Shown here: positions 22,450 to 34,554 of the stretch, piece by piece
How positions within the stretch are numbered: position 1 is the stretch's first letter
Layout of the letters: every line of letters begins with the position of its first letter
Source of the DNA: Sulfolobaceae archaeon
Lineage (GTDB): Archaea; Thermoproteota; Thermoprotei_A; Sulfolobales; Sulfolobaceae
DNA length: 64,000 nt
Assembly (NCBI GenBank): GCA_038893355.1
Contig: JAWARQ010000001.1
Span: 272,556 to 336,555 of the forward strand
Direction of reading: 5' to 3'
Notes under the pieces: generated by a model
The model's input: only the letters and a program-made list of their open reading frames with translations
What the model was told of the DNA's origin: nothing
The model's database searches: none
Position numbers and translations under genes: made by a program

Positions 22450-23537
22450 CTAGTTATACTTGCAGATATTTCTTTCACTAATTTTTCCATCTCTGGTTTA
22501 CTTTGTATACTCTTTCTAATTGGGTCTAGAATCGAATTCAAATATTTGGCAGTAGCCCTCTTTAGATCTAACGGGTGAATTTTTCCTTCAACGTATAATC
22601 TCTCTGCCTCATCATAACTCTTTACTTCTATATCTCCGCCATATCTAGATTCTCTCTCTATTTTGAATGTAGATATTCTTGGAAATATTATGTATTTTAG
22701 TATTTGAAGAACGGGATTATTTTCAACAACCCCTTTAGGGCAATACGCGTTGATTAACTTTCCTTCAACTTCTTCTGGCGGGTCTGATACAAATATTGCT
22801 GTTTCTGGTTTAGATTTGCTCATTTTAATTTCTGCTAAGATTTCATCTTCCTCTAAATTTTTGCTCGTAGTTAATTGCATTTTTTGTATTCCTTGAAGTC
22901 CAACTAATAATGGTGTATGAATTGCAATAACCTTCTTTCTATTCATTTTTTCTGCAACATCTCTAGCTAACATATGTGCTTTTCTTTGATCTGTACCGCC
23001 TAATGCTATATCTAAATCCATGTACAATATATCCGTTACCTGCATTGCAGGATATATTAATTTAGAAGTATCAATATCTGCTTCTTCAGCTTTCCTACCC
23101 ATAATAGTTAAAGCCCTTTTCATTCTTGCTAAACTGGTATTCTTTGCAACCCTAAGTACTAGTCCCCAATACTCCTTGTCTTTTACTAAGTCCTCAGCAT
23201 CAACTATCTCTATATCATTTCTAGATATTCCAAAAGCCTCAAGGACGTTTATTGTATATTCTCCTGCTAGCTTAATTTTATTCATGTCCCCTCCTAATTT
23301 ATCATTTATCCATGCATGCCAGGTCGCTACTAAGATTTTCATATGGATTCCTGCATCTATTAGATCCTTTACCTTCTGAGCCCATATTAGCCAGCCAATA
23401 TGAAATAGCCCACTAGGTTCGAACCCTATATAACCCTTTAATTTCGTTTTCTCTTCAATCCTTTTCCTTAATTCATCAATAGTTACTATTTCTACAGTGT
23501 TCCTAGTTATTAATGATAAACGTTTATCAATGTCCAA
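22446..23537 (-). CDS. tyrS: Tyrosine--tRNA ligase
   Basis: YIGFEPSG, HIGW, YPAMQ and KMSKS motifs. Confidence 0.97.
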   Translation of the reverse strand: MDIDKRLSLITRNTVEIVTIDELRKRIEEKTKLKGYIGFEPSGLFHIGWLIWAQKVKDLIDAGIHMKILVATWHAWINDKLGGDMNKIKLAGEYTINVLEAFGISRNDIEIVDAEDLVKDKEYWGLVLRVAKNTSLARMKRALTIMGRKAEEADIDTSKLIYPAMQVTDILYMDLDIALGGTDQRKAHMLARDVAEKMNRKKVIAIHTPLLVGLQGIQKMQLTTSKNLEEDEILAEIKMSKSKPETAIFVSDPPEEVEGKLINAYCPKGVVENNPVLQILKYIIFPRISTFKIERESRYGGDIEVKSYDEAERLYVEGKIHPLDLKRATAKYLNSILDPIRKSIQSKPEMEKLVKEISASITR

Positions 23538-23580
23538 ATATTAACACCAATTTAAAAATCATTAAAATAAGATAAAAACG

Positions 23581-23907
23581 CTATTCTTCCGTTAAATGCT
23601 TAAGGAATATTACAACTGGATGAGTTTTACCTAACCTGTATTCTAGATCTCTAATTATGAATTCTGGATCAATATCTATCAGCATAAGCTTCTGAATTAA
23701 TGCTTCAGAGAACCTATAAGAGTTAGCAATTATTTTATCATCGTCCTCATCCAACTCGTTATCTAAAAAAGAGAATTTTATGTTCTCATCCTTATTAACC
23801 AAAGACCTTAAATACTCATCAACTAATTTCTCAATACACTCATAAGAGTCACAATACTTAAGCTTGTCAGATAAAGAAAGCTTAACAGGAGGCATTCTAA
23901 GCCCCAT
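23581..23907 (-). CDS. Hypothetical protein
   Basis: 108-aa ORF co-oriented with its neighbours; plausible composition. Confidence 0.6.
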   Translation of the reverse strand: MGLRMPPVKLSLSDKLKYCDSYECIEKLVDEYLRSLVNKDENIKFSFLDNELDEDDDKIIANSYRFSEALIQKLMLIDIDPEFIIRDLEYRLGKTHPVVIFLKHLTEE

Positions 23908-23936
23908 ATAACTTAAAGTTACTAATAAAAAAGTTA

Positions 23937-24341
23937 TTATTCTCCAATCAATTTAACTAGAATATTTCGTGTTCTTGGCCCGTCAAATTCTAATAATATT
24001 ACTCTTTGCCAGGTGCCTAGATCCAGCCTTCCATTAGTAATTGGTAATGCCCTATAATTTCCTATAATACTCGCAAGAATGTGGGCATGTCCATTATTAT
24101 CTATAATGTTATGCCTAAATTCACCCTCTGGTGGTACTAACTTCTTACTCCATAATAGATAATCTTGCATTAAACCCTCTTCAGCCTCATTTATTATTAT
24201 AGCACACGTTGTATGTTTAGCAAAAATGTAAGCTACTCCTTCCTTTATCCCATTAACTCTAGATTCTACATCATCAGTTATATCTATACTATCAAACCTA
24301 GATCTAGTTCTGACTGAGAACTCCTTAGTTATAACTTTCAT
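23937..24341 (-). CDS. YjbQ/UPF0047 family protein
   Basis: HTTCAIIINE, HNIIDNNGHAH and LGTWQ...EFDGPR motifs. Confidence 0.92.
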   Translation of the reverse strand: MKVITKEFSVRTRSRFDSIDITDDVESRVNGIKEGVAYIFAKHTTCAIIINEAEEGLMQDYLLWSKKLVPPEGEFRHNIIDNNGHAHILASIIGNYRALPITNGRLDLGTWQRVILLEFDGPRTRNILVKLIGE

Positions 24342-24342
24342 A

Positions 24343-24606
24343 TCAAGTCACGGGATTTGTACCTTTTCCAGCCTTCTTAATTAATTCCTTTGGTACATGA
24401 ACTAATTGCATTACTCCTTGTGTTTGTACTGCATACATAGGTAAACCAGTATTTGGATCGTTTCCTAGTCTTAAGACGCCAGTAACTATTACCTTAAATC
24501 TTATGATTGAACCATCTTTTAATTTTAGCGTAATCCATTGAGTTTCAGACTCACCATCAAAGCCTATTACTTCAGGTTCACCGGGAGGTAATATGGGTAG
24601 TGCCAT
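24343..24606 (-). CDS. Hypothetical small beta-rich protein
   Basis: 87-aa ORF ending 1 nt before the yjbQ start; LKDGSIIRFK...DPNTGLPMY. Confidence 0.7.
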   Translation of the reverse strand: MALPILPPGEPEVIGFDGESETQWITLKLKDGSIIRFKVIVTGVLRLGNDPNTGLPMYAVQTQGVMQLVHVPKELIKKAGKGTNPVT

Positions 24607-24641
24607 ATTTTACTTTTTTACTAATGGGTATATAATATCAT

Positions 24642-25916
24642 ATGGATTTAGAAGGCATTGCTCGAAGAATCATTAGTAATAACGGGAATGTTAAAGAGAA
24701 AATTAAAGAATTTATAAATTTTTATAAAAAAGATAATCAAATATATTCTGAAAAATTCATAGATGCGTTATTAGTTGAAGTTAGAAATTCGCTTAAGGCA
24801 AATAGCATGGTTTTTACTTATCCTAATACTGGACTAAGGGCTGGTGAAGTAGGATTAGGATCTAGGGGTGTTGGAGACAATGTTATTCATGAGGCATTAT
24901 TTAGAATAAGTAATAGAAACCTAGATACCTTTGATGATGCTGGATTTAAAGAGAACGTAGTAGTTTCAATTGATGGTATACATTCTAGATTATCTTATTT
25001 TCCTTATCTAGCTGGATTTCACGCAACAAAGGCTACGTTAAGAGACATCATGGTTAAAGGTGCAGAGCCATTAGGGGTTTTAGTAGATATTCATTTATCT
25101 GATGATAGTGATATAGGAATGTTATTAGATTTTGAAGCTGGAGTATCGACTGTAACTGATGCGCTAGGAATCTCTATACTCGCAGGAAGTACACTAAGAA
25201 TAGGTGGGGATTTAGTAATAGGGGAAAGAATAAGTGGTGCAGTAGGGTCTGTTGGTATAGTTAGAGGTAAGTTCTTAAGTAGGAGTAACATTGAGCTGGG
25301 CGATAAAATAGTAATGACTGAAGGAAATGGTGGTGGTACTATAACTACTACTGCAATTTATAACGGGATGCCAGAAATTGTCCTGGAAACAATCTCTATA
25401 AAGGAATTAATAGCATGTAAAACTCTCTTAAGAATTAAAAATAAAATAAACTCAATGACCGATGTTACAAATGGTGGAATAAGACTCGATGCTCTTGAAA
25501 TACAAAAGATTAAAAAATATAGTCTCATTATAGACGAAGAGAAATTTTTAAGTTTAATAAATCCAAAAGTCAGGAAGATGCTAGATGAGCTTAATATTGA
25601 TCCCTACGGTATTTCTATAGATTCAATATTAATATTTACAAAGAATGAAAAGGAAGTCTTACAACTTCTTGAAAGTAATGGAATTAGAGCAGCTGTAATA
25701 GGAGAGGTTACTGAATTTAAGGATGCACCTATCCTACTCTCTAATGGTAAGCCATTACAGCCCCGATTTAGAGAATCACCATATACCCCAATAAAGAAGG
25801 TAATTGGAAATTATTCACCTTATAGTTTAGAGGAAATTCGAGATAGATTAGAAAATGGTGTGAAGTATGTTATAAATAAGAAAATGGAGATATTGAAAAA
25901 TTTAAAAGGAGGGTAA
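24642..25916 (+). CDS. AIR synthase-related (PurM/HypE/ThiL fold) protein
   Basis: [27 protein letters not shown] and MTDVTNGG motifs. Confidence 0.85.
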   Translation: MDLEGIARRIISNNGNVKEKIKEFINFYKKDNQIYSEKFIDALLVEVRNSLKANSMVFTYPNTGLRAGEVGLGSRGVGDNVIHEALFRISNRNLDTFDDAGFKENVVVSIDGIHSRLSYFPYLAGFHATKATLRDIMVKGAEPLGVLVDIHLSDDSDIGMLLDFEAGVSTVTDALGISILAGSTLRIGGDLVIGERISGAVGSVGIVRGKFLSRSNIELGDKIVMTEGNGGGTITTTAIYNGMPEIVLETISIKELIACKTLLRIKNKINSMTDVTNGGIRLDALEIQKIKKYSLIIDEEKFLSLINPKVRKMLDELNIDPYGISIDSILIFTKNEKEVLQLLESNGIRAAVIGEVTEFKDAPILLSNGKPLQPRFRESPYTPIKKVIGNYSPYSLEEIRDRLENGVKYVINKKMEILKNLKGG

Positions 25917-25941
25917 GCAGAGGTTAAATAGACTGATACTG

Positions 25942-26415
25942 ATGAGTCAAACATCATTTAGGTATATAGTAAGAATATTGGGTCAAGATGTAGATGGAAC
26001 CGTTAAAGTACCGTATGCTCTCGCAATGGTTAAGGGAATTGGTTATAATACTGCAATGGCAATTCTAAGAAACTTAGGAATTGATGTTAATAGAAGAATG
26101 GGTGAACTATCAGAGGCTGAGGTTAAGAAAATTGAAGAATATTTAGCAGGAAAAAATATACCAAAAGTACCCAGTTGGATGTATAATAGGAGAAAAGATT
26201 ACGAGTCTGGCTTAGATCTTCACTTATATACTTCTGATTTAATATTTTACGTTAGGAATGATATAGAGAGAGAAAAGAAGATAAAAAGCTGGAGAGGAGT
26301 AAGACATGCATTAGGACTTAAAGTAAGGGGTCAAAGGACCAGAACTACTGGAAGAACTGGAATGACAGTAGGAGTTAGAAGAAGTAAGCAACAGCAACAA
26401 CAGCAACAGAAGTAA
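25942..26415 (+). CDS. rps13: 30S ribosomal protein S13
   Basis: [23 protein letters not shown]. Confidence 0.97.
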   Translation: MSQTSFRYIVRILGQDVDGTVKVPYALAMVKGIGYNTAMAILRNLGIDVNRRMGELSEAEVKKIEEYLAGKNIPKVPSWMYNRRKDYESGLDLHLYTSDLIFYVRNDIEREKKIKSWRGVRHALGLKVRGQRTRTTGRTGMTVGVRRSKQQQQQQQK

Positions 26416-26426
26416 GGGTGAGAAAG

Positions 26427-26966
26427 ATGGGAGACCCAAGAAAGCCAAGAAAGAAATGGGAAGGACCTAGTCACCCTTGGATTAAAGAAAACTTACAGAA
26501 GGAACAAATATTACTCGGAAAGTATGGTTTAAGAAATAAGAGAGAACTTTGGTTAGCTAGGACAATTGTCAAGAAATTTAGGCATCAAGCTAGAGCATTA
26601 CTAGCACTACCACCAGGTGAACGTGAAATTAGGGAAAAACAATTAATATCAAAGTTATATAGAATTGGTCTTCTTAATAGTGAGAACGCAACTCTTGACG
26701 AGATTTTAGGCTTAACAGAGGAGAATCTTCTTGAGAGGAGATTGCAAACGATTGTATATAAGAAGGGGCTAGCTAGGACAATATGGCAGGCCAGACAATT
26801 GATAGTACATGGACATATAGCAATTTCTGGAAGGCGTGTTACTTCCCCCGGTTATATTGTAAGTCGTGAAGAGGAAGATTTAATAGACTATTATCCTACA
26901 TCTCCATTTAAGCAAAATCCGCCAGTCGCACCTCAACAACCTTCACCTTCATCTAGTGGTGAGTAA
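26427..26966 (+). CDS. rps4: 30S ribosomal protein S4
   Basis: [27 protein letters not shown] and [10 protein letters not shown]. Confidence 0.97.
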   Translation: MGDPRKPRKKWEGPSHPWIKENLQKEQILLGKYGLRNKRELWLARTIVKKFRHQARALLALPPGEREIREKQLISKLYRIGLLNSENATLDEILGLTEENLLERRLQTIVYKKGLARTIWQARQLIVHGHIAISGRRVTSPGYIVSREEEDLIDYYPTSPFKQNPPVAPQQPSPSSSGE

Positions 26967-26968
26967 GT

Positions 26969-27367
26969 ATGTCAACAAGAAGAGAAATTAGATGGGGTAT
27001 AGCTCATATATATGCATCACAAAATAATACTATAATTACGATAACTGATTTATCCGGTGCCGAGATAATTTCAAGAGTATCTGGAGGTATGGTTGTTAAG
27101 GCCGATAGGGAAAAACCATCCCCTTATGCTGCAATGTTAGGTGCTTATAGAGCCGCACAAGAAGCTTTAGATAAGGGTATAATGGCCATTCATATTAAAG
27201 TAAGAGCACCCGGCGGATATGGTTCAAAAACTCCGGGGCCAGGTGCACAACCAGCGATTAGAGCACTTGCAAGATCTGGATTTATCGTTGGTAGAATTGA
27301 GGATGTAACACCAATTCCACATGATACTATTAGACGCCCTGGTGGTAGAAGAGGAAGGAGAGTTTGA
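26969..27367 (+). CDS. rps11: 30S ribosomal protein S11
   Basis: [13 protein letters not shown] and DVTPIPHD...GGRRGRRV. Confidence 0.97.
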   Translation: MSTRREIRWGIAHIYASQNNTIITITDLSGAEIISRVSGGMVVKADREKPSPYAAMLGAYRAAQEALDKGIMAIHIKVRAPGGYGSKTPGPGAQPAIRALARSGFIVGRIEDVTPIPHDTIRRPGGRRGRRV

Positions 27368-27379
27368 AAGGTTTTTAAG

Positions 27380-28183
27380 ATGCCCATTAATAAGGTTCTT
27401 AAGGAAGGGAATAGAATTCAATTAGTAATGGAAGGTTATCCTTTAAGCTTTGTAAATGCAATTAGGAGGTCATGCATCCTTTATGTACCAGTGATGGCTG
27501 TAGATGAGGTTTACTTTATAGAGAATAATAGTCCGCTGTATGATGAAATCTTGGCCCATAGGCTAGCAATGATACCTTTTAAGTCAGAAGAAGCTTTAGA
27601 CTATTACAGGCTTCCAGAAGAATGCATAGATTGTAAGGAAAATTGTGAGAGATGTTATACTAAAGTGTATTTAGAGTCTGAGGCTATCGATACACCTAAG
27701 ATTGTATATTCCAAGGATCTAAAATCGGACGATCCTATGATTCAACCGCTATCTGGGGAAATTCCAATAGTATTGTTAGGTCCTAAGCAGAAAATTTCCT
27801 TAGAGGCCAGATTAAGGCTAGGATATGGTATAGAACACATAAAATGGAGCCCAGTGACAATTTCAGTTAGTAGGTATTATCCAAAGATAGAGATTATTGA
27901 TAGTAATTGTATTAAGGCTTATGAAGTATGTCCAGAAGGTGTTTTTGAAATAAAGGAAGGTAAATTGTTTGTAAAGAATTTGTTAGCATGTACTCTATGT
28001 GAAGAATGCCTTAGAGCATGTCCTAATGGGTTGGTTATAGGTAGTGAAGAGAATAAGTATATTCTAGAGATAGAAAGTGTTGGAACATTAAGTCCAGAAA
28101 GAATTTTATTAGAAGCGGGAAAAAGTATTTTACGTAAATTGGATAGTTTTGAAAAAGCCGTAATGGAGGCGTTAAAGAGTTGA
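27380..28183 (+). CDS. rpo3: DNA-directed RNA polymerase subunit D (Rpo3) with ferredoxin-like insert
   Basis: [17 protein letters not shown] and CTLCEEC..CP; position after S11. Confidence 0.95.
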   Translation: MPINKVLKEGNRIQLVMEGYPLSFVNAIRRSCILYVPVMAVDEVYFIENNSPLYDEILAHRLAMIPFKSEEALDYYRLPEECIDCKENCERCYTKVYLESEAIDTPKIVYSKDLKSDDPMIQPLSGEIPIVLLGPKQKISLEARLRLGYGIEHIKWSPVTISVSRYYPKIEIIDSNCIKAYEVCPEGVFEIKEGKLFVKNLLACTLCEECLRACPNGLVIGSEENKYILEIESVGTLSPERILLEAGKSILRKLDSFEKAVMEALKS

Positions 28184-28539
28184 AGAGAACGGGTCCTACT
28201 AATATAATGTTAAGGAGAATAATACAAAGATTAGAAAAGGAAAAGAAGCCTATATGGAGGAGAGTTGCAGAGGAACTCTCTGCACCAGCTAGGAAAAGAC
28301 CTTATATAAATATTTATAAAATTAATAAATATACGAAACCTAATGATATTGTAATTGTTCCAGGTAAGGTATTAGGTATTGGAAATCTTGATCATCCAGT
28401 AATTGTTGTAGCATATTCATTTTCCAAATCTGCAAAAGAAAAAATCCTAAAGGCTGGTGGTCAAATAATGAGTATATTAGAAGCTGTTGAGAAATTTAAA
28501 GACTTTAAAGGTAAGACTGTGAGGTTGATGAAGCAATGA
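28180..28539 (+). CDS. rpl18e: 50S ribosomal protein L18e
   Basis: VPGKVLGIG and [12 protein letters not shown]. Confidence 0.95.
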   Translation: MKRTGPTNIMLRRIIQRLEKEKKPIWRRVAEELSAPARKRPYINIYKINKYTKPNDIVIVPGKVLGIGNLDHPVIVVAYSFSKSAKEKILKAGGQIMSILEAVEKFKDFKGKTVRLMKQ

Positions 28540-28991
28540 GTGTTCAGAAATCTGAAAATATCGTAATTATCGATGCTGAGAATCAAATTTTAGGAAGAAT
28601 GGCCACTGAAATTGTAAAGCTATTAAAAAGTGGTAAAGAAGTAATAGTTGTTAATGCAGAAAAGGCTGTTGTTAGTGGTCCGAAGAGTAGAGTAGTTAAT
28701 GGTTATAAACTATTATTTAGTGTGAGAACGTTAAAAAATCCCTATAAGCATGGTATTAGGAGACCGAGATCTCCAATAAATATTGTAAAGAGAACAGTTA
28801 GGGGAATGTTGCCGAAGAATAACCTAGGTAGAGAAATGTATAAAAGACTTAAGGTGTATATTGGTATACCAAAAGAATTTGAGGGGAAACAAATGTTAAA
28901 ATTCGAACACGCAGATGCAAAGAAGTTAAAAAAGACGAAGTATATAACTGTTGGTGAATTAGCGAAAGAACTAGGGTGGAAAGGTGTCTGA
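28536..28991 (+). CDS. rpl13: 50S ribosomal protein L13
   Basis: [10 protein letters not shown] and RTVRGMLP. Confidence 0.96.
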   Translation: MSVQKSENIVIIDAENQILGRMATEIVKLLKSGKEVIVVNAEKAVVSGPKSRVVNGYKLLFSVRTLKNPYKHGIRRPRSPINIVKRTVRGMLPKNNLGREMYKRLKVYIGIPKEFEGKQMLKFEHADAKKLKKTKYITVGELAKELGWKGV

Positions 28992-29397
28992 AGAAGGAAA
29001 AGTTATAATAACGAGTGCAAGAAGGAAAAGGGCAATAGCTAAATGTTACATAAAGCCTGGAAAAGGTAGGGTTCTTATAAATGGAACTCCAGTTGAATTA
29101 ATTCCCATAGAGGCTGTAAGATGGAAGATATTAGAGCCGTTACTTTTAGCAGGTAAAGAGATAGTAGAGAAAGTAGATATAGAGGTTAATGTAAGTGGTG
29201 GAGGAATTATGGGTCAGGCTGATGCTGCGAGAATGGCAATAGCCAGAGGATTAGTAAAGTTTACTAACAGTCAAGAATTAAAAGAAATATATAATGCATA
29301 TGACAGAACAATGTTAGCTGGTGATCCTAGAAGGACAGAGAGGGAGAAATGGATGAGATATAGTGCAAGAAGGTGGAGACAAAAGGCTTATAGGTGA
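28984..29397 (+). CDS. rps9: 30S ribosomal protein S9
   Basis: [16 protein letters not shown] and QKAYR C-terminus. Confidence 0.96.
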   Translation: MSEEGKVIITSARRKRAIAKCYIKPGKGRVLINGTPVELIPIEAVRWKILEPLLLAGKEIVEKVDIEVNVSGGGIMGQADAARMAIARGLVKFTNSQELKEIYNAYDRTMLAGDPRRTEREKWMRYSARRWRQKAYR

Positions 29398-29402
29398 ACA
29401 TT

Positions 29403-29603
29403 ATGATAATTCCAATTCGTTGTTTTACATGTGGTAGTTTAATTGGAGATAAATGGGAGATTTTTAGAAATAGAGTAAGCGCTGGAGAAGAGCCATCTAA
29501 AGTTCTTGACGAATTAGGTGTAAAGAGGTATTGTTGCAGAAGAATGCTTTTATCCCATGTTGACATAATTCAAGAGGTAATACACTATACTAGACCAATT
29601 TGA
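29403..29603 (+). CDS. rpo10: DNA-directed RNA polymerase subunit N (Rpo10)
   Basis: [11 protein letters not shown] and RYCCRRM. Confidence 0.96.
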   Translation: MIIPIRCFTCGSLIGDKWEIFRNRVSAGEEPSKVLDELGVKRYCCRRMLLSHVDIIQEVIHYTRPI

Positions 29604-29612
29604 GGTGAGTCT

Positions 29613-30293
29613 ATGTCGGAAGATGTTGAAAAAGGAAGTGAACTGACAGAAGAAGAGAAAGCAGAACTTCAGAAGACTGAAAAAGGAGTAATAATAGAGC
29701 TTTTAGTACCTTTAGAGAATTATTTATCTGCAGGGGTTCATATAGGTACTCATAGCTGTACAAAACAAATGGAGAGATTTGTATACAGAGTGAGGCCAGA
29801 AGGTCTTTATGTTCTAGATGTAAGAAAAATTGATGAGAGGTTAAGAATTGCTGCAAAATTTATAGCTAGGTTTCCTGCAGAATCCGTGTTAGTTGTAGCT
29901 TCTAAGCAATACGCCTTTAGACCTGCTCAAAAATTTGCTGAAGTTACTAGAGCCAAAGTAATAACTGGTAGATTCATTCCAGGAACGTTGACTAATCCGT
30001 TACTCTCTACATATATAGAACCTGAAGTTGTAGTAATATCAGACCCGAGAACAGACACTCAGGCAGTGAGGGAAGCATACAAGAAGGGAATTCCTATTGT
30101 AGCGTTTGTTGATACTGATTCTACATTAGCTTACATAGATGTTGCAATTCCAGCCAATAATAAAGGTAGGAAGTCTTTGGCAACATTATATTGGATTTTA
30201 GCAAGGCAAGTACTTAGAGAGAGAAAAGAAATAGCACCAGATGCTGATCTTCCAATACCAGTTGAAGAATTTGAGGTGAAGTTGGCTCAGTGA
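29613..30293 (+). CDS. rps2: 30S ribosomal protein S2
   Basis: [18 protein letters not shown] and IPANNKG. Confidence 0.96.
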   Translation: MSEDVEKGSELTEEEKAELQKTEKGVIIELLVPLENYLSAGVHIGTHSCTKQMERFVYRVRPEGLYVLDVRKIDERLRIAAKFIARFPAESVLVVASKQYAFRPAQKFAEVTRAKVITGRFIPGTLTNPLLSTYIEPEVVVISDPRTDTQAVREAYKKGIPIVAFVDTDSTLAYIDVAIPANNKGRKSLATLYWILARQVLRERKEIAPDADLPIPVEEFEVKLAQ

Positions 30294-31141
30294 GGAGAAG
30301 TCCGGCTGTTGCTGGAACCTTTTATGAACTTAGTGCAAATAGATTAAGAAAGCAAATTGAATGGTGTTTTACTCACCCATTAGGTCCCGGAAGTATACCA
30401 CAAGTTTCTCAAAAGAAAGAAAAAAGAGAAAACATGTTCTTTATAGTACCGCATGCAGGTTATATTTATAGCGGGCCAGTTGCTGCACATTCATATTATT
30501 ATCTAGCTAATGAGGGAAAGCCAGATACTGTAATAATATTAGGTCCTAATCATACTGGTCTTGGCTCCATGGTTTCTGCCTGGCCAGAGGGTGAGTGGGA
30601 TACTCCATTAGGTTCTGTAAGTATTGATAAGGAACTTTTACTAGAGCTAGTTAAGGAGACTGAAATTATTGACCTTGAAATTAAAGCTCATATTTATGAA
30701 CATTCTATTGAGGTTCAAATACCATTCTTACAATACTTCTTTGGGTCTGATTTTAAAATTGTGCCGATAGCAATAATGATGCAAACTCCAGAGGTTGCGG
30801 AAGCGTTAGCTGATGGGATATCAAAGATTATTCAAAAGTCTAAAAAGGACATAGTAGTTTTAGCTAGTAGTGATCTTAATCATTATGATCCTCATGATAT
30901 AACTGTCAAAAAGGACGAATTAGCTATTCAAGAAATACTTAAGCTCGATTATAAAGGGCTATATAGGGTTGTGGAGGAAAAGGACGTTACTGCATGTGGA
31001 TATGGTCCGATTATGACTGTATTAATATTAGCTAAAAAATTTAATAAGAAGCCTTATATTCTTAAGCATGCAACATCTGGTGATACTTCTGGTGATAAGA
31101 GTTCTGTAGTAGGTTATTTATCAGTGAGATTCGGTGATTAA
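30290..31141 (+). CDS. MEMO1 family protein (AmmeMemoRadiSam protein B)
   Basis: [34 protein letters not shown] and CGYGP motifs. Confidence 0.93.
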   Translation: MRRSPAVAGTFYELSANRLRKQIEWCFTHPLGPGSIPQVSQKKEKRENMFFIVPHAGYIYSGPVAAHSYYYLANEGKPDTVIILGPNHTGLGSMVSAWPEGEWDTPLGSVSIDKELLLELVKETEIIDLEIKAHIYEHSIEVQIPFLQYFFGSDFKIVPIAIMMQTPEVAEALADGISKIIQKSKKDIVVLASSDLNHYDPHDITVKKDELAIQEILKLDYKGLYRVVEEKDVTACGYGPIMTVLILAKKFNKKPYILKHATSGDTSGDKSSVVGYLSVRFGD

Positions 31142-31805
31142 AGCTCCGATCCTCTTTATGGGTATTCCACTTAAAAATAAAAATAATCCATTTTTAATAA
31201 TTTGGGCTAATTTCGATTCAGATTTCATATTTACTAATAAGCCTTCTACATTTCTTATGGAGTTTTATGAAAAATTAGAAGAATATACTGGAATGAAATG
31301 TAATATTTTTTTAGACCTAAGTAATAATAAATTACCTATCTCTACTAAATATGTCACTCTATCAAAAGAGATAGTTGAGATTTGTTATAATTTCTTAACT
31401 GAAAGGGAGAAATTTGAGATCCTAAGCGATTTAGATTTTGTATTACATAATAATACTTTAATTAAGGCCTTAAGGTTATCTCAAATTTATAAGACTCCTC
31501 TCTTATATAGAGAAGGAGAAGAGCCTGTAAAGTTAGATTTTGATCTTATAAAGGCTAGTGTAATTCAAAAATATCCTATTTCTGAATTAGTTAATGCAAT
31601 AGATAATTCTTTAGTGCATCTAGTAGGAGTTTTGCCTATCTATTACGTTCAAGAGAGAGATTATAAGTATATCCAATTAGAAAAGGGATTATGGAGTGGG
31701 ATTTATGGTTTACCATTTCCATTAGAGAAAAATTTAAAGTGGATTTGGGATGGTAATTATGCTTCATTAATAGAATTTTATTTCATTTCTTCCCTTACTA
31801 CTTGA
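31134..31805 (+). CDS. Hypothetical protein, possibly a degenerate GHMP/mevalonate-kinase-like protein
   Basis: Overlaps the MEMO1 stop and occupies the usual mvk position; no intact GHMP glycine loop. Confidence 0.6.
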   Translation: MIKAPILFMGIPLKNKNNPFLIIWANFDSDFIFTNKPSTFLMEFYEKLEEYTGMKCNIFLDLSNNKLPISTKYVTLSKEIVEICYNFLTEREKFEILSDLDFVLHNNTLIKALRLSQIYKTPLLYREGEEPVKLDFDLIKASVIQKYPISELVNAIDNSLVHLVGVLPIYYVQERDYKYIQLEKGLWSGIYGLPFPLEKNLKWIWDGNYASLIEFYFISSLTT

Positions 31806-32980
31806 CTAAGGATCCTTATACCCCTTATAATCTGCTCCTTAGTTGGAAAACTGTAATTAAGTCTCATAGTGTTTCTACCACTACCATCAAAGTAAAAGCT
31901 TGCTCCAGGAACATACGCAACGCCTCTCTGAAGTGCTTTATCTAACATTGATGTTGTATCTATCTTCTCGTTAACCCACATGAATACGAACATCCCACCT
32001 AATGGCTTAGTCCATTTCGCTATTGACGTAAAATTCTCTTCTATTGCTTGTAACATTACATCTCTCTTTTCCATGTAGACTCTTCTTATTCTAGGCAAAT
32101 TTGCCTGTATTACCCCCCTTCTTAAGGCTTCTAGGGCTATTGCTTGACTTAATGTTGGTGTATGGAGTTCGATGTTTTGTTTAAATAATTCTAATTCGGA
32201 AATAATTTCTTCATCAGCAACTACCCAACCGAGTCTTAAACCGGGAGAGAATATTTTACTAAAGGTTCCGGTATATATTACTCTATTCTCTCTATCTAAG
32301 GCCTTTATGGCTGGTAAGTTATCTGACTGGAAAGTTAAAAATCCATACGCATCGTCTTCTACAATAAGGAAATTATATTCACTAGCCAATTCTAGCAACC
32401 TTCTTCTTTTCTCTAATGACATAGTTACACCAGCAGGATTCTGGGCAGTTGGAATCGTATAAAGTAACTTTACCCTCTTACCTTCATTCTTAATTCTCTT
32501 CAAGATATTCTCTAGTTGGTTTATATTCAATCCATCATCTTCCAAATCTACACCATAAAATATGGGTCTTCTTGTTCTTAGTACATTTAGCGCTGCTAGG
32601 TATGTAGGCTTCTCTACTATTACCACATCGCCTGGATCCACTAGTATATTAAATATCATATATAAAGCTTCTTGACTACCTACAGTAACAATTATATTAT
32701 TCTCATTTATATTTATAATACCTCTTAATCTTGATAAGTTTACTAACTCTCTCCTAAATTCAAGAATTCCTGCGGTAGCAGAGTACTGAAGTACTGAAGA
32801 AGAATGTTTTTCGATAACTTCCTCTGCTATTTTTTTAATATCCTCTACAGGGAAGGTAGAGGGGTCTGGAAGCCCTCCTGCAAAACTGATTACGTCTCTA
32901 CCCTCTGTAAGTTTTAGTAGGTCTCTAATTTCAGATGCTCTTAATAATTCAGTATCTCTAGAAAGGAATTGTTTAATCAA
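31778..32980 (-). CDS. PLP-dependent aminotransferase, class I/II
   Basis: SFAGGLP, QNPAG, EDDAYG and [13 protein letters not shown] motifs. Confidence 0.93.
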   Translation of the reverse strand: MIKQFLSRDTELLRASEIRDLLKLTEGRDVISFAGGLPDPSTFPVEDIKKIAEEVIEKHSSSVLQYSATAGILEFRRELVNLSRLRGIININENNIIVTVGSQEALYMIFNILVDPGDVVIVEKPTYLAALNVLRTRRPIFYGVDLEDDGLNINQLENILKRIKNEGKRVKLLYTIPTAQNPAGVTMSLEKRRRLLELASEYNFLIVEDDAYGFLTFQSDNLPAIKALDRENRVIYTGTFSKIFSPGLRLGWVVADEEIISELELFKQNIELHTPTLSQAIALEALRRGVIQANLPRIRRVYMEKRDVMLQAIEENFTSIAKWTKPLGGMFVFMWVNEKIDTTSMLDKALQRGVAYVPGASFYFDGSGRNTMRLNYSFPTKEQIIRGIRILSQVVREEMK

Positions 32981-33023
32981 GATCTCACATTAGTTTAATA
33001 TTCCCAAATCTATTTAACTTTAT

Positions 33024-33809
33024 GTGAGCGAGTGGAGAGCTGAAATAATTTCTATAGGTAATGAATTGCTTAGTGGTAAGACTATAAATACTAATGCATC
33101 TCATATCGCTAAGAGGCTTACTTCATTAGGATATACAGTACGGAGAATAACTACTGTAGGTGATTATATTGATGATATAGTAAGTGCCTTTAGGGAGGCG
33201 ATTAATAGAAGACCGTTATTAATAATATCAACTGGTGGATTAGGTCCTACTTATGATGATAAAACTGCAGAAGCATTGGCAATAGCTTTAGAAGATAAAT
33301 TAGTTGAGAATCCAATTGCTCTTGAGATGATAGTGGAAAAGTATAGGAGAAGAAATATTGAGATAACTCCAGAAAGGAGAAAGATGGCATATATGCCGAG
33401 TAAGGCTATACCAGTAGAAAATAATCAAGGTATTGCGCCGGGTATCTACATAATTTATAATAATATAGAAATTCTGGCAACACCTGGAGTTCCAAGAGAA
33501 ATGGAGGATGTTCTAGAAAATTTCATTCGCAAATACCTTAAAAATAAACCTAATGTAAAATACTATGAGGAAACTTTTGAGGTTGAGGGTGTAATGGAGT
33601 CTACTATAGCACCTTATGTTAAGGAATTAGTTAATAAATATAATCTATACATAAAGACACACCCTAAGGGTTATGAGGTTCAAAGACCCTATATTGAAGT
33701 TCAGATAGCCGGAAGTGGAGATGAGAAAGTCAGAGATCTTGTCAAAGAATGTAAAGAAGAGCTTATTAAAATATTTCTTAAACTTGGAGGTAAGTTAAGA
33801 AGTCAATAA
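33024..33809 (+). CDS. CinA-like molybdopterin-binding domain protein
   Basis: [21 protein letters not shown] and PGVPREM motifs. Confidence 0.9.
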   Translation: MSEWRAEIISIGNELLSGKTINTNASHIAKRLTSLGYTVRRITTVGDYIDDIVSAFREAINRRPLLIISTGGLGPTYDDKTAEALAIALEDKLVENPIALEMIVEKYRRRNIEITPERRKMAYMPSKAIPVENNQGIAPGIYIIYNNIEILATPGVPREMEDVLENFIRKYLKNKPNVKYYEETFEVEGVMESTIAPYVKELVNKYNLYIKTHPKGYEVQRPYIEVQIAGSGDEKVRDLVKECKEELIKIFLKLGGKLRSQ

Positions 33810-34554
33810 TTAGTTTACTAATTAGATCTGGTGCTTCTAAATTTAAGAAATGGCCATATCCATTAACTACATGATATCTTAGATTCCTAACTTTTCTCTT
33901 GAACGCATCTAGGCTAGTAATAAATCTGTCCTCACTACCATAAATTACTAGTACTGGAGATCTTATTATATCAAGCTTATCAGTATAATCTGGTGCTTCC
34001 ACTAGACCTTCAACAGTATATTTGAAACCTAATGGAGTATTTTCTTGATAAATTGATAAGAAATCACTCCATACTCTTTGATTTTCAGTAAGGTATCTTG
34101 TAAAGTCTCCGTTTTTTCTTCTATACTCTGCTAACGCCCTCATACCAAAGTTCATTGCAATACTTAAATACCTCTCATAAATATCTTTCGATGGTGCACT
34201 TACTAATGCTCCAATCAGAATTAACACTTCTACGTCATTTTCAATTGCATAATCTATTGCGATAAGCGAGCCTATGGAATGTCCTACTAATATAGGTCTT
34301 CTTATGTTAAGAAGGTCTAATAATCCTTTTAAATCGTCTCGGTGATCTTGTATTCTATACTTCCCTGGCACTATTTCAGACCTACCATGACCTCTAAGGT
34401 CGTAAGCAATTACTCTATACTTATCTAAGAAATAAGGTAAGACATATTTCCAACTTCTTAAGGATCCTGCAAGGTGGTGAATAAAAACTATCGGCTTTCC
34501 TATTCCTTTATCCTCGTAGTATATTCTTACTCCATTAATAAGAGCTACGGGCAT
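33778..34554 (-). CDS. Alpha/beta hydrolase
   Basis: [13 protein letters not shown] nucleophile elbow and catalytic GH. Confidence 0.9.
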   Translation of the reverse strand: MPVALINGVRIYYEDKGIGKPIVFIHHLAGSLRSWKYVLPYFLDKYRVIAYDLRGHGRSEIVPGKYRIQDHRDDLKGLLDLLNIRRPILVGHSIGSLIAIDYAIENDVEVLILIGALVSAPSKDIYERYLSIAMNFGMRALAEYRRKNGDFTRYLTENQRVWSDFLSIYQENTPLGFKYTVEGLVEAPDYTDKLDIIRSPVLVIYGSEDRFITSLDAFKRKVRNLRYHVVNGYGHFLNLEAPDLISKLIIDFLTYLQV

